Positions 8,846 to 18,241 of a stretch of 64,000 bases of DNA are shown in pieces. Under the pieces are notes generated by a model. It searched no databases, was not told the origin of the DNA, and saw only the letters and a list, made by a program, of their open reading frames with translations. The stretch's first letter is position 1; every line of letters starts with the position of its first letter. The stretch is from Candidatus Hydrogenedentota bacterium (GTDB lineage Bacteria; Hydrogenedentota; Hydrogenedentia; Hydrogenedentales; SLHB01), in the NCBI GenBank assembly GCA_045863295.1, contig BTWA01000025.1, positions 1-64,000 on the forward strand, read 5' to 3'. Made by a program: the position numbers and the translations under genes.

Positions 8846-9613
8846 TTAGAAGGCTAGTTTCAGCCAGAGGGGCAAGTGATCGCTTAAATGCCCGGCGTGG
8901 TTGCCTTTCGCTTGAAACGTTTTCGCGCTATTGCCGGAAATGCGCAATTCATCCCAATCCACGTACCCAAACGATTCTACGTGGCTTGCCCAATCCCCAC
9001 GCAACCATATTTGGTCACTGCGGCTCTTGCCGACACCGGTTGATTCCAGCGATACGCCGCTGACCACCGCCGCATCGACATACCCTGCCGCCTCCAGGCG
9101 CAATGCCACGCCTAACCGAGGACCTTCATTGAAATCCCCGGCGACAATGTCCACTTCTCCGGCCTTTAGCAATGATTCAATTTCCGCCACCCGCTCTATG
9201 GCGGCCTCGTCTTGTGCAAGGTAGCGCGCTGACGTCAGGTGCACGTTGGCAAGCCGGATAATGGGGTTGCCCCTCGTCATTACCTCAGCAACTTGCCACA
9301 TGCGGTGTGGTGCGGGCTCGTGCCCGGAAGAGTCGCTTATATGGCGTCCATGAGACCAGAATATGGCCCCTCCGTATTGTGGCCGCTTCCTGCCTGAACA
9401 GAACGCGCCGTTCATTGCGAGGTGCTTGCGCAGGAGGTCGAAACATACGATATCCTGAATTTCCTGCAGGCAATACACGTCCGGGGAATGCACTTGGTAG
9501 AGGCGCAGGAGGTCGAGCATAATCGCGGGATCAGGCATGCCAGGCTGTTCAGGTGCGAAAGGGCTGCCCTGAAACCAAAACACATTGTGGCTCACAAGAC
9601 TGAATATGGACAT
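8846..9613 (-). CDS. Endonuclease/exonuclease/phosphatase family protein
   Basis: SHNV, DVYCLQE, NVHL, AGDFN, SDHLP; start uncertain (ORF to 9694). Confidence 0.88.
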   Translation of the reverse strand: MSIFSLVSHNVFWFQGSPFAPEQPGMPDPAIMLDLLRLYQVHSPDVYCLQEIQDIVCFDLLRKHLAMNGAFCSGRKRPQYGGAIFWSHGRHISDSSGHEPAPHRMWQVAEVMTRGNPIIRLANVHLTSARYLAQDEAAIERVAEIESLLKAGEVDIVAGDFNEGPRLGVALRLEAAGYVDAAVVSGVSLESTGVGKSRSDQIWLRGDWASHVESFGYVDWDELRISGNSAKTFQAKGNHAGHLSDHLPLWLKLAF

Positions 9614-9744
9614 CGCCTTACTTTTCGATTGCGGGCGCAACCCCATTGGAGCGGAGGGCCGCAATACCGTAGACTCTCCGTTCAAAGGCGACATGGTGAA
9701 CCATTTACGATCCTGGGTTCAAACGTTAAAGGGTTTCGAGACGC

Positions 9745-10719
9745 GTGGGGCAAGTCACTGAGGTACCGCAAGCACGGCAGCGACGCCATCGCTATGCTTT
9801 TCCCTTTATTGGCATTGTGTTGCTCAGCGCGCTGATCTATTTGCTGGGACCGGTTCGAATATTGGATGCACTCCGCCGGACCGATCCCGCATGGGTTGTG
9901 GCGTCAGGCGCGCTAATTGCCGCGGGGCTTTGGATTCGCGTGTGGAAATGGCGGATTGCCCTCGGGCCCGGCAGCCGCGCGACGTACCTGTTTTACATTT
10001 CAAAAGGAGCCGGGGAGTGGACTCCCGGACGGCTAGGCGAGTTTGCGCCGTTGTTGGTCAAGGAGAACCGGACCACCAAGGTCGCCGCCTGGATCCTGCT
10101 GGATCGTCTCCTCGAAATAAGTGCAACTCTCGGCATTTGCGCGGTCGGTTTTGTCCTGTTGCCTTTTCGAGTTCAAGCGCCGTTCGCCATGGCTCTTGCA
10201 GTTCTGGGAGGCGTGTTGGCCTTTGTTGTATTTGCCGCGGGACACTCCCCATGGCACCAAGCCCTCGCGTGCCGAATGCCCCGGGGGTCCCGCTTGCAGC
10301 GCGCATTTCTTACAACCGCGCAGTTGGCTGGAGACGTGCGGACATTCCATTCAAAGTCCCCACTCACTATTGGCATCACTGTTTTGGCCGGATGTTGTGA
10401 TGTTTGGGCCGGCAAGGCATTGTTTCTCGCGTTTGACCGCAACGTACCCTTTGCGCCGTTGGCAGCCGCGCGAGGCGTACATTCCATTGTGGCAACCATT
10501 CCTATTACACCCAACTCGACAGGCGTCCCTTACGTGAGCGCGGCTGCCATGGTGCACGAGTTGGCCGGAGTGCCAAACGACGTGCTTGCCGTGGCCACGA
10601 CGCTGAGCATTGCTGTTACTACGTGCATATTCTGGGGCTCGTTTGCCGTTGGGACGAGAAACTCGGGGAATACCACGGTGGATGCAGATGCCCCTGTTAC
10701 AACTAGCAAGATCCATTAA
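9745..10719 (+). CDS. Lysylphosphatidylglycerol-synthase-TM (flippase-like, UPF0104) membrane protein
   Basis: Multiple TMs; RVWKW, TPGRLGE, DRLLE and IPITP..GV motifs. Confidence 0.8.
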   Translation: MGQVTEVPQARQRRHRYAFPFIGIVLLSALIYLLGPVRILDALRRTDPAWVVASGALIAAGLWIRVWKWRIALGPGSRATYLFYISKGAGEWTPGRLGEFAPLLVKENRTTKVAAWILLDRLLEISATLGICAVGFVLLPFRVQAPFAMALAVLGGVLAFVVFAAGHSPWHQALACRMPRGSRLQRAFLTTAQLAGDVRTFHSKSPLTIGITVLAGCCDVWAGKALFLAFDRNVPFAPLAAARGVHSIVATIPITPNSTGVPYVSAAAMVHELAGVPNDVLAVATTLSIAVTTCIFWGSFAVGTRNSGNTTVDADAPVTTSKIH

Positions 10720-10825
10720 TACGTCCTGTCTTGCATGTTACCCATCAATTTGATTCAAATACTGCTTGTACCTTGATCCATTTGGCGAGCGCGGAAAATG
10801 TAGCGGCACTATTTGGGAGATCACC

Positions 10826-11059
10826 ATGCCGGTCAAGAAGAAGTCTAAACGCGATATTGTCAAAGACTATCCCTCGAAACAGTTTGTCGCCAAGCTGCGT
10901 CGGCTTGCAGACAGCATCGAAGCGGGGAAACAATTCCGCATACAAGTGGCGGGCGAACGGGTGGCTATACCGGCACACGCGGTGATCAATATCGAACATG
11001 AACGGGGGGAAGGATCTGAAGAAATTGAATTTCAACTGACATGGAATACAGAGGATTGA
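10826..11059 (+). CDS. Amphi-Trp domain protein
   Basis: LRRLADSIE, IEHE...EEIEFQLTW; GGAG SD. Confidence 0.88.
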   Translation: MPVKKKSKRDIVKDYPSKQFVAKLRRLADSIEAGKQFRIQVAGERVAIPAHAVINIEHERGEGSEEIEFQLTWNTED

Positions 11060-11078
11060 CTATGTTTGGTGGTATGAA

Positions 11079-11306
11079 TTGGTAAAGGCGTTCTTAATCG
11101 CCCTGCTCGCCGGTGCGGGTGGATACATCCTCGGGTTAGTTGGAGGTTCGGCGCTGGTCATGCAGCTGTCGTCCAACACACACGACAGGTCGCTGGAAGC
11201 TGCTATGACAGGCGCGTTTATTTTTGGGCCCGTTGCGGCGATTGGTACGTTTGCGGTCGCGTTTGTGATACTCGCTACCCGTCGGACCAAGCGCGGCTCG
11301 CCTTAA
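11079..11306 (+). CDS. Small 2-TM membrane protein
   Basis: Two hydrophobic helices around SSNTHDRSLEAAMTGAF; basic tail; weak TTG start. Confidence 0.65.
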   Translation: MVKAFLIALLAGAGGYILGLVGGSALVMQLSSNTHDRSLEAAMTGAFIFGPVAAIGTFAVAFVILATRRTKRGSP

Positions 11307-12811
11307 GCAATTCTTAACATCATGAGTTCAGATAGCCGACGGACGTGGTCCGGCAGCGAGTCTGCCAGATTTATTGACTCCATTGGGTCGTCCATCAGGT
11401 CAAACAATTGCGCATGGTCGGGGTTCATGGTGCTACTGGAGGCTGTACGGCGTGACGTCGTCGCCTTGGGATCAGGGTCGTCGGTGTTGTACCCACGCAC
11501 CAATTTGTATCGGCCGTCGAAGACCGCTCGCCACTCGTTCAGGCCCGAAAAAATGGCGGGTCGGCCAACCGATTCCGACCCATCCAGCATGGGACGCAAT
11601 GATCGACTGGTCATATCGGAGGGAATTGCCACTCCCGCGTAATCCAGAAACGTGGACGTCAGGTCATTTGTCTCGACGGGCGCGGCGTTCCGTGCGCCTT
11701 CACCGACACCTGGGCCGGCAATGACCAACGGTACCGCCGCCGACGGTTGGTAGGGCACGCTCTTCGACCAACGGTCATGATCGCCAAGCATTTCACCATG
11801 ATCGCTGCTGAACACTACAAGGGTGTTGTTGCGTTCGCCGCGTGCGTCGATTACGTCCAGATAGCGGCCAAGCCATCGATCAATGTTCTCAACCATGGCC
11901 GAGTAGTTACGGCGAATCGCGACATGCATGGCCGCCTCAATCTGGGTATTTTCGAATGGTTGAGGAAATACAGTGTCGCGATACCACGCATCCATTGGCG
12001 GGGTGATGTCCATGGGCGCATGCGGTCCCGGAAAGTTCACCTGCAAAAACCAAGGCTGTTCCTTAGGGAAGGACTCGATCAATGCCAGCGCATTTTGTCC
12101 CACCCAGTTGTCGTTGTACGCATCGTCGGCCAGTTCAATGGGCGTGGTATGTGTATAACTGCCAGGCCTCGGCGCCTGGCTTTGCGCGTCCTTCCAGGCA
12201 ATGTAGCGCTCCAACGATCCGTCTTGTCTATCGGTTAACAGCTTGGTATAGGGCGATTCACCCCGTGGTTGACCTGTCGTGGGGTCAGTCTTGATGCCGC
12301 TGAACGAATCACCCTTTCCTTCGCTGTCCAGCCCGTCGGTGAAGCCCCATTCATTGAAGTAGACCTTGCCGTTGACACGATGCTGTCCGTCGGGACCCCA
12401 GTCGTGCTGTGGCTTGCGGAGGTCGAGTTTCCCTGTGCTGCCCACGCGGTAGCCCGCGTCCCGCAGCATGGTGTACAGGGTCGGCATGCCATCCGGCAAG
12501 CTGTCACCATTGGACTTGACCGGAGAGTGGTCGTAGGACTTTCCCAACGCCAAGCAGACGCGTGATGGTGCACACAGAGGCGAAGGGCAATAGGCAGTTT
12601 CGAATCGCGTTCCGCGTTCGGCGAGGCGAAGTAGGTGTGGGGTTCGCACAGCGAGACTTTCGTTGAAACCGGTCCAGTCCCAGCGATGTTGATCCGGGAA
12701 CACAAGGAGTATGTTGGGTTTTGACGGCACAGCACCCGCATCACGACCAAGTATGCCAAAAACACCGGCCGTTGCCGATGCTTGCAGGAATTTCCTACGT
12801 GTTGTCTTCAT
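11303..12811 (-). CDS. Tat-exported Cys-type sulfatase
   Basis: TRRKFL signal; PNIL..PDQ, CAPSR, SDHG. Confidence 0.93.
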   Translation of the reverse strand: MKTTRRKFLQASATAGVFGILGRDAGAVPSKPNILLVFPDQHRWDWTGFNESLAVRTPHLLRLAERGTRFETAYCPSPLCAPSRVCLALGKSYDHSPVKSNGDSLPDGMPTLYTMLRDAGYRVGSTGKLDLRKPQHDWGPDGQHRVNGKVYFNEWGFTDGLDSEGKGDSFSGIKTDPTTGQPRGESPYTKLLTDRQDGSLERYIAWKDAQSQAPRPGSYTHTTPIELADDAYNDNWVGQNALALIESFPKEQPWFLQVNFPGPHAPMDITPPMDAWYRDTVFPQPFENTQIEAAMHVAIRRNYSAMVENIDRWLGRYLDVIDARGERNNTLVVFSSDHGEMLGDHDRWSKSVPYQPSAAVPLVIAGPGVGEGARNAAPVETNDLTSTFLDYAGVAIPSDMTSRSLRPMLDGSESVGRPAIFSGLNEWRAVFDGRYKLVRGYNTDDPDPKATTSRRTASSSTMNPDHAQLFDLMDDPMESINLADSLPDHVRRLSELMMLRIA

Positions 12812-12844
12812 GTGGGTGTGTTTCCGGCGTTTTTTTGTTTTTTG

Positions 12845-14425
12845 TCAGACAATGTTCAAGGCTTCGCGAATCTTCCCTCGGTAATAGGCAATGATAGCAT
12901 CGCGATGGCCTAAGTCTTTGGGTGGTACATTGGGCTGATCGATTTGAGGCGCGTCTAGATCGACATACGCTTCGAAGTCAGGGGTCTCGCCTTGCCAAGC
13001 AAGGACCTTTTCAGTCAACGCCTGCTTGACTGCAGCGTACTCTGCATCTTCCGCCTTGTCGATTTGTTCCAGAGGGTCGCTCTTCAGGTCAAACAGAAGA
13101 CTCCGGGCCGGATCGCGCGACAATAGCAGCTTGTGTTCATTCGTGCGCGCCATGACCTGATTGCCCCGGAAGCTTTCGCAAAAGGCGATACTCCTCCCCG
13201 CGCCGGGCACGGCCAAGTCCAGCCCGGCCATTTTGTCCGCCGGTTCGAGCCCTGCCTGTTTCAGTATCGTTGGTGCAACGTCAATCAAGCTGACCAGTTC
13301 CCGCGGTCGTTCGCCAGCACGTTTGCTATTTGGATACTTGACAATCAACGGCACGCGAGCAAGCGCGTCGTACATGTGATTGCCCTTGAGGATCATGTGA
13401 TGGAATCCGAGATACTCGCCGTGATCGCTCAAATAGACGATGACCGTATTGTCGTACAGACCTTTTCGCTTCAATGCATCGACAAACGAGCCAATTTGTG
13501 TGTCAATATGTTCAATCGTTGCGTAGTAATAGGCCACTACCCGTCGCAATGATTCTTCCGTAAGCGATGTATGGGGGAAGTACCCCGGGTGAAGTGCGAG
13601 GTCGTGTTCGAAGCACTCCGGTGTCCATCCGGGAGGAAGAGTTACTTTCGCAGGATCGTACAAACCCTCCAGTTCCGGCGGAGGATCGAACGGATGATGA
13701 GGTTTAATAAAACTGACGGTTAGCAAATTGCCGCCGCCGGTCCACTCGTCCATCAGGTCAAGGGCTTTTCGCCCGGCCCATTCCGTGGAATGATGTTTCA
13801 ACGGCAAATTCGAGGGTATGGCGCCGCATCTCGGCATATACTCCGGCCGGGCGTGTGCCCTGAATTCCCTTACTTGATCCTCAAGGTCGTTGATATCGAC
13901 CAGTCCCAGTTTCATCAATTCACGATGGTAGTCGTCGTCCCAACGGCCATCGCCATCCTGTTCGGAGAGGTACATCCGGTCATATCCCACATCAAGATAC
14001 GTCGGAGTAAAGTGCATTTTGCCTACACACGCCGTGCTGTACCCGGCGGCGCGCAACAATTTTGGGAAGGTCGGAATATCGGGGTGCAATGTGCAGCGAT
14101 TGTTCCAACCCTTGTGCTGATTTACATATAAACCGGACAATACCGAATACCGAGACGGCGTGCAGACGGGGAATGGGCAAAAACATTCCTCGTAGTGAAC
14201 GCCATCCTTTGCCAAGGCATCCAGGCTTGGTGTACGAATGTCAGGATTTCCCTTATGCGCGATGCAATCCGCACGGTGCTGGTCCGAAATGATGACCAGG
14301 AAGTTGGGTCGGTCCGTGCCCTCGGTGTCGGCCCCACGCGTGATTCCGGGCGCGGCCACGGAGGCGGCGCCAAGGGCTGCTACGAATTGCCTCCTGCTCA
14401 ACCCGCTCGTCCGGTTTTTGGCCAT
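12845..14425 (-). CDS. Tat-exported Cys-type sulfatase
   Basis: SRRQFV signal; SDQHR, CTPSR, GKMH, PHHPF, SDHG; GGAGG SD before ATG 14425. Confidence 0.93.
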   Translation of the reverse strand: MAKNRTSGLSRRQFVAALGAASVAAPGITRGADTEGTDRPNFLVIISDQHRADCIAHKGNPDIRTPSLDALAKDGVHYEECFCPFPVCTPSRYSVLSGLYVNQHKGWNNRCTLHPDIPTFPKLLRAAGYSTACVGKMHFTPTYLDVGYDRMYLSEQDGDGRWDDDYHRELMKLGLVDINDLEDQVREFRAHARPEYMPRCGAIPSNLPLKHHSTEWAGRKALDLMDEWTGGGNLLTVSFIKPHHPFDPPPELEGLYDPAKVTLPPGWTPECFEHDLALHPGYFPHTSLTEESLRRVVAYYYATIEHIDTQIGSFVDALKRKGLYDNTVIVYLSDHGEYLGFHHMILKGNHMYDALARVPLIVKYPNSKRAGERPRELVSLIDVAPTILKQAGLEPADKMAGLDLAVPGAGRSIAFCESFRGNQVMARTNEHKLLLSRDPARSLLFDLKSDPLEQIDKAEDAEYAAVKQALTEKVLAWQGETPDFEAYVDLDAPQIDQPNVPPKDLGHRDAIIAYYRGKIREALNIV

Positions 14426-14454
14426 GTTGCCGTCCTCCATTCAGTCCTTCTTAG

Positions 14455-16272
14455 TCAGGGTTTCTCGAACATTCCCGCGGCTGGGATATTGGCAGGTGAG
14501 CGCCAATCCGGCCGCCAGTATAGCCTCACGCCAGTTTCCCCTTCCCGATCCACATCCACAATTGCCACGTTCATTCGGAACGAAGTCCATGAATCGGTTC
14601 CCTGTTTCGAGCGCAAATAAGCTTGCGGGATGCGGGCTTCCATAGCGTAACCCTCCGCAGTTCGGACCGCCTGCGCTTCTACACCCTCTGGTAGCGATTC
14701 CCTGCGATGCACATAGACGCCACCGTCCTCGTCGGGACTTAAGGCCAGCCATAAGTACTCCGATTGGCTCTTGTCGTCGATGGAGGCGTCCACGATTCGC
14801 TCGGCCATGGGGCGGGCGTCAATCCGGATGACGATACTATCTTGCCAATTCTCGTTTCGTCCAGGCATCGGAATCACGGAGTCGTCGACAATGTTCGCCG
14901 CAACTACAACATCCCCGTTGTCATTCCTCACATCAAACTGAAAGGAAGCGTCCGCAGGTCCTTCCCATCCAAAGAGGCTTTGAACCGCCTGCGCCGGTTC
15001 CGCACAGGCCAATTCGAGAGTCCCCCATTCATCGATGTTTCCGTCTATTACGATGGACTGCGGCGTACTAATCACAGCGTGAGGCTCGTCGGGGACCAGC
15101 CAATGCAGCAGTGGCGTATCCAACTTCCGGCCCTCAGCACTCTGTTGGCTAAAGACCCATGTTGTTCGAATCGGTTGGCGGCCATTGCCTGTCCCAGCGA
15201 CCTGCACAGCAATCTTCTGCATACTGTCGGGTGGTACGGTCGCCGCAATATGCATGGGGGAAACGACTGTTCCGGCGGGTGCCTGCACCAACCCCCGGGC
15301 ACTCAATGGTATCTTGGAAGGGTTGATCAGCCTGATTTCCAGTGGACCGCCCGAGTAGGGAAAGGGCGTTGATGCGATAACCTCACCGGCCAAGACCGGT
15401 GCACGCAATTGCGCATCCGCGTCTGTACGAATGTTTTTGTCCGCGATACCGGACAGCATGAGATTGGCGAAAATTGGTTCACCATTCTTCATGGTGACCC
15501 ATACCACGTGATCAAACTCGCCCGCCAGCGGCCCGCCATGCGCCATTCCACCTCCGGTCGTACCCAATACAAAATAGTCCCGTTGGTTCCGGTCGTATTT
15601 CAGATATTCATGCGTGTGCCCGGTGAATACGGTATGGTCGCGGTCCGCCAAAAGCGCTTCGACTTTGTCCCAATTCGATGCGTCTTTATATGCCCACAGC
15701 GGCTTATGCATAAACACAAACGTCCAACGGACTTCTTTGTGCTCCTCAAGCGTCCTTTCCACGAAGGCGAGTTGATCTGGCCCGATATGCTGGAGTTGGG
15801 TGTCGTCGCTGTTCAAACACAAGAAAAGCGTGTTCTTGTAGAGAAACCGGTAATACTGAGGGCCATAGCGCCTTTCCCAAACGGCAGGCCCCATTGGACT
15901 GTTGGATACATCGTGGTTTCCCGGTACATAAAAAAAAGGTGCATCCAGTGCAGCGACAATTCCATCGAATTCATCCCATTGGGCATTCAACTCCTCATCG
16001 GTCTTTGCATTCCCCTCAACGAGATCTCCTATGCAAATGGAAAACTCGGGTTGCAGCAGGTTGACTTTCCGCACGCCATCCTCAAATACGCCGGGCCTCA
16101 TGCCACCGGTCCTATCGGAAAAGATTACGAACTGAAAGTCGTCGGGATTTACCGCGAAATCAAGATGAGACCATGGGTGGGGATTGCCGTTCACCGGAGG
16201 TGTAAACGCTACATCGTGGCTCCAAGCGGCGCCAGCCAAAAGTACAAATACCACAATCCTGGAAACATACAT
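14455..16272 (-). CDS. Secreted calcineurin-like metallophosphoesterase with C-terminal CBM9/DOMON-like domain
   Basis: SDRT, GDLV, PGNHD, HKP, GHTH; C-terminal IDG..DEW...D..E.RIP. Confidence 0.88.
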   Translation of the reverse strand: MYVSRIVVFVLLAGAAWSHDVAFTPPVNGNPHPWSHLDFAVNPDDFQFVIFSDRTGGMRPGVFEDGVRKVNLLQPEFSICIGDLVEGNAKTDEELNAQWDEFDGIVAALDAPFFYVPGNHDVSNSPMGPAVWERRYGPQYYRFLYKNTLFLCLNSDDTQLQHIGPDQLAFVERTLEEHKEVRWTFVFMHKPLWAYKDASNWDKVEALLADRDHTVFTGHTHEYLKYDRNQRDYFVLGTTGGGMAHGGPLAGEFDHVVWVTMKNGEPIFANLMLSGIADKNIRTDADAQLRAPVLAGEVIASTPFPYSGGPLEIRLINPSKIPLSARGLVQAPAGTVVSPMHIAATVPPDSMQKIAVQVAGTGNGRQPIRTTWVFSQQSAEGRKLDTPLLHWLVPDEPHAVISTPQSIVIDGNIDEWGTLELACAEPAQAVQSLFGWEGPADASFQFDVRNDNGDVVVAANIVDDSVIPMPGRNENWQDSIVIRIDARPMAERIVDASIDDKSQSEYLWLALSPDEDGGVYVHRRESLPEGVEAQAVRTAEGYAMEARIPQAYLRSKQGTDSWTSFRMNVAIVDVDREGETGVRLYWRPDWRSPANIPAAGMFEKP

Positions 16273-16380
16273 GCTACCTGCCCCTCCACATACGCTCAGT
16301 GTGTAGGGTTGCAGAAGGCGAATGCAAACTTCATCCGGTTGGCGCCAGGAACGGGGTGCATTTTTCTGGAGGGGCGTAGG

Positions 16381-16854
16381 CTACAATTCTACGACGACGG
16401 CCAACTGGCCTTCATCAAGATGAAGGCCGCCCAGTACAAGCGGCTTGTCGTCGCGAATGAGATTGGTGGATTCCAACGCTTTACGGGTAACTGTCTCCTC
16501 GCCCTTTTTCACTGTCTCGTCTATCCGGACGCGGATACGTACGCGCCCGTCGTCATCAACGGCGATAGGCGTCAAGACAATTGTATAGCGCTCGTTGACC
16601 TTGACGGAGGTTTCCGTGTCCGGCTTCGCTTCGACTTTTTCGGACAGGATGGGCTTAAATGTATCGCAAGGCACTTTTGATACAGCATCCTTTAGTGAGG
16701 CAATTTTTGGATCGACGTGGATTTCGCCCTTAGGCCGCCCTTCATTGGTGGCCTGAATGGCATGCACGTGCACAGTGACGGGCTTGTCCAGCGGTTTTTC
16801 GGCCCCTAGCGCCAGCGCCACCACGCAAATCATGGCCGCAGCCAAATTCACCAA
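16381..16854 (-). CDS. Secreted hypothetical protein (ECF operon third gene)
   Basis: Signal peptide; overlaps anti-sigma stop; SD AAGGAG. Confidence 0.7.
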   Translation of the reverse strand: MVNLAAAMICVVALALGAEKPLDKPVTVHVHAIQATNEGRPKGEIHVDPKIASLKDAVSKVPCDTFKPILSEKVEAKPDTETSVKVNERYTIVLTPIAVDDDGRVRIRVRIDETVKKGEETVTRKALESTNLIRDDKPLVLGGLHLDEGQLAVVVEL

Positions 16855-17276
16855 ATATCTCCTTCTCCGTAGGTCACCCAGACGGTAGCCGAGCCATCAC
16901 CCGAATCATACACATCCACTTTCGCGCCTGGAATCTCGGTCGTGGCGGCTTCCACCTTGGTGGGTGAGTTGTCCGGTCCTCCGAAGAATACGGCAAACAG
17001 TGAAATCGAAACCAACAACGCCGCGGCCGTCAAGGACAACACCGAGCGCATTCTTCCCCATTGGCGTCGCGGCGATTCTTCCAATTCCTTGCGAATCCCC
17101 GCCATGAACGCGGAGAATTGCGCGTCGGATATTCCAGGCGTCTCACGTACCGCCTGAACGCCATTCCGAAGCCGTTGCAATTGTTCGATATAGGCTTGAG
17201 TTTGTGGAGATCCCTTTGCGCCAGTCTCGCCGTCAAAATGCCGGGCAGCCTCAATTTCACGTTTGTTGAAAAACAT
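16848..17276 (-). CDS. Putative anti-sigma factor (single TM)
   Basis: Directly after ECF sigma; degenerate N-terminal ZAS-like segment (FDGE), TM, short periplasmic domain. Confidence 0.7.
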   Translation of the reverse strand: MFFNKREIEAARHFDGETGAKGSPQTQAYIEQLQRLRNGVQAVRETPGISDAQFSAFMAGIRKELEESPRRQWGRMRSVLSLTAAALLVSISLFAVFFGGPDNSPTKVEAATTEIPGAKVDVYDSGDGSATVWVTYGEGDIW

Positions 17277-17278
17277 GT

Positions 17279-17950
17279 TCATTCCTCCACTACACCCATC
17301 TTTTGAAGCGCTTGTTGCAGCTTTTTGCGGGCGTGGTGTAACCGGCTCATCACCGTCCCGAGATTGCATTCCATGGCGGCCGCCATTTCTTCGTATGACA
17401 TTCCTTCAAATTCCCGCAGTACAAACGCCATGCGATGCTTGAAAGGCAGACTTTCCAGCGCCTGGGTAATCGCGCATCCCAATTCCTGTAGTTCCGCCCG
17501 TTTGCCCGGCCCTTCGTCGCCTTGTGCGTCGTTTCCTGCGTCCAGAGCGTCGTTATACGAGACGGTATCCAGGCGTCTTTTCTTCAACACGTCCTTGCTT
17601 TGGTTGGCGGTAATCCGGAGCAGCCAGGACTTGAAGCTGGCATCTTTATAAAATGAAGCCAACCCTCGGTGTGCCTTGATGAACACTTCCTGAGAAATGT
17701 CCCAAGCTTCTTCCCGATTGCGTACAAAATGATACGCCAGACCGTAAACGTCGTTGCGGTAGCGACGGACCAAAGCCTCAAAGGCTCCAAAATCACCCGC
17801 GCGCGCCGCTTGGACCAAGTCGACGTCCGCCACGTCGGCACCCAAGGCAACTCGCTTTGGCGTATGGGTTTCCGTATTCTCCACACCACAGCATAGCACA
17901 GCATCCATCGGAAGACTCATGCTCACGACTCCCACATGAAACCTTTCCAC
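17279..17950 (-). CDS. ECF RNA polymerase sigma factor
   Basis: Region 2 AWDISQEVF..FKSWLLRI; region 4 SYEEMA...GTVMSRLHHAR; start uncertain. Confidence 0.93.
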   Translation of the reverse strand: MERFHVGVVSMSLPMDAVLCCGVENTETHTPKRVALGADVADVDLVQAARAGDFGAFEALVRRYRNDVYGLAYHFVRNREEAWDISQEVFIKAHRGLASFYKDASFKSWLLRITANQSKDVLKKRRLDTVSYNDALDAGNDAQGDEGPGKRAELQELGCAITQALESLPFKHRMAFVLREFEGMSYEEMAAAMECNLGTVMSRLHHARKKLQQALQKMGVVEE

Positions 17951-18241
17951 GAGACGACGGCGAAGAGCGAATATTTAAACGGTTCGCTTAAGTTCGCCGC
18001 CGGTTGAGTGTTTTAATTGTGTTAAGCATTATTATTATTTAATACAATCGAGCATAATGTGACCCCGAAAGTCCGCTCTGGTTGAATTCACGACATGAAG
18101 TGGAACGCGTCTGTAGTACTTGGTAGTCGTGTTTTCAGCCAAGATGAGCGGGCAGTCTTGTGCTAGACTTTTAGAGTCAAGTGTGCACTGGTATTCGTGC
18201 TTTGTTTGCGAAAGACTTCCCAGATGAAGTGGAGTTTATGC

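Noticed and set aside
15409..16680. 423-aa plus-strand ORF
   Set aside because: Antisense shadow of the metallophosphoesterase and neighbouring gene; no motifs
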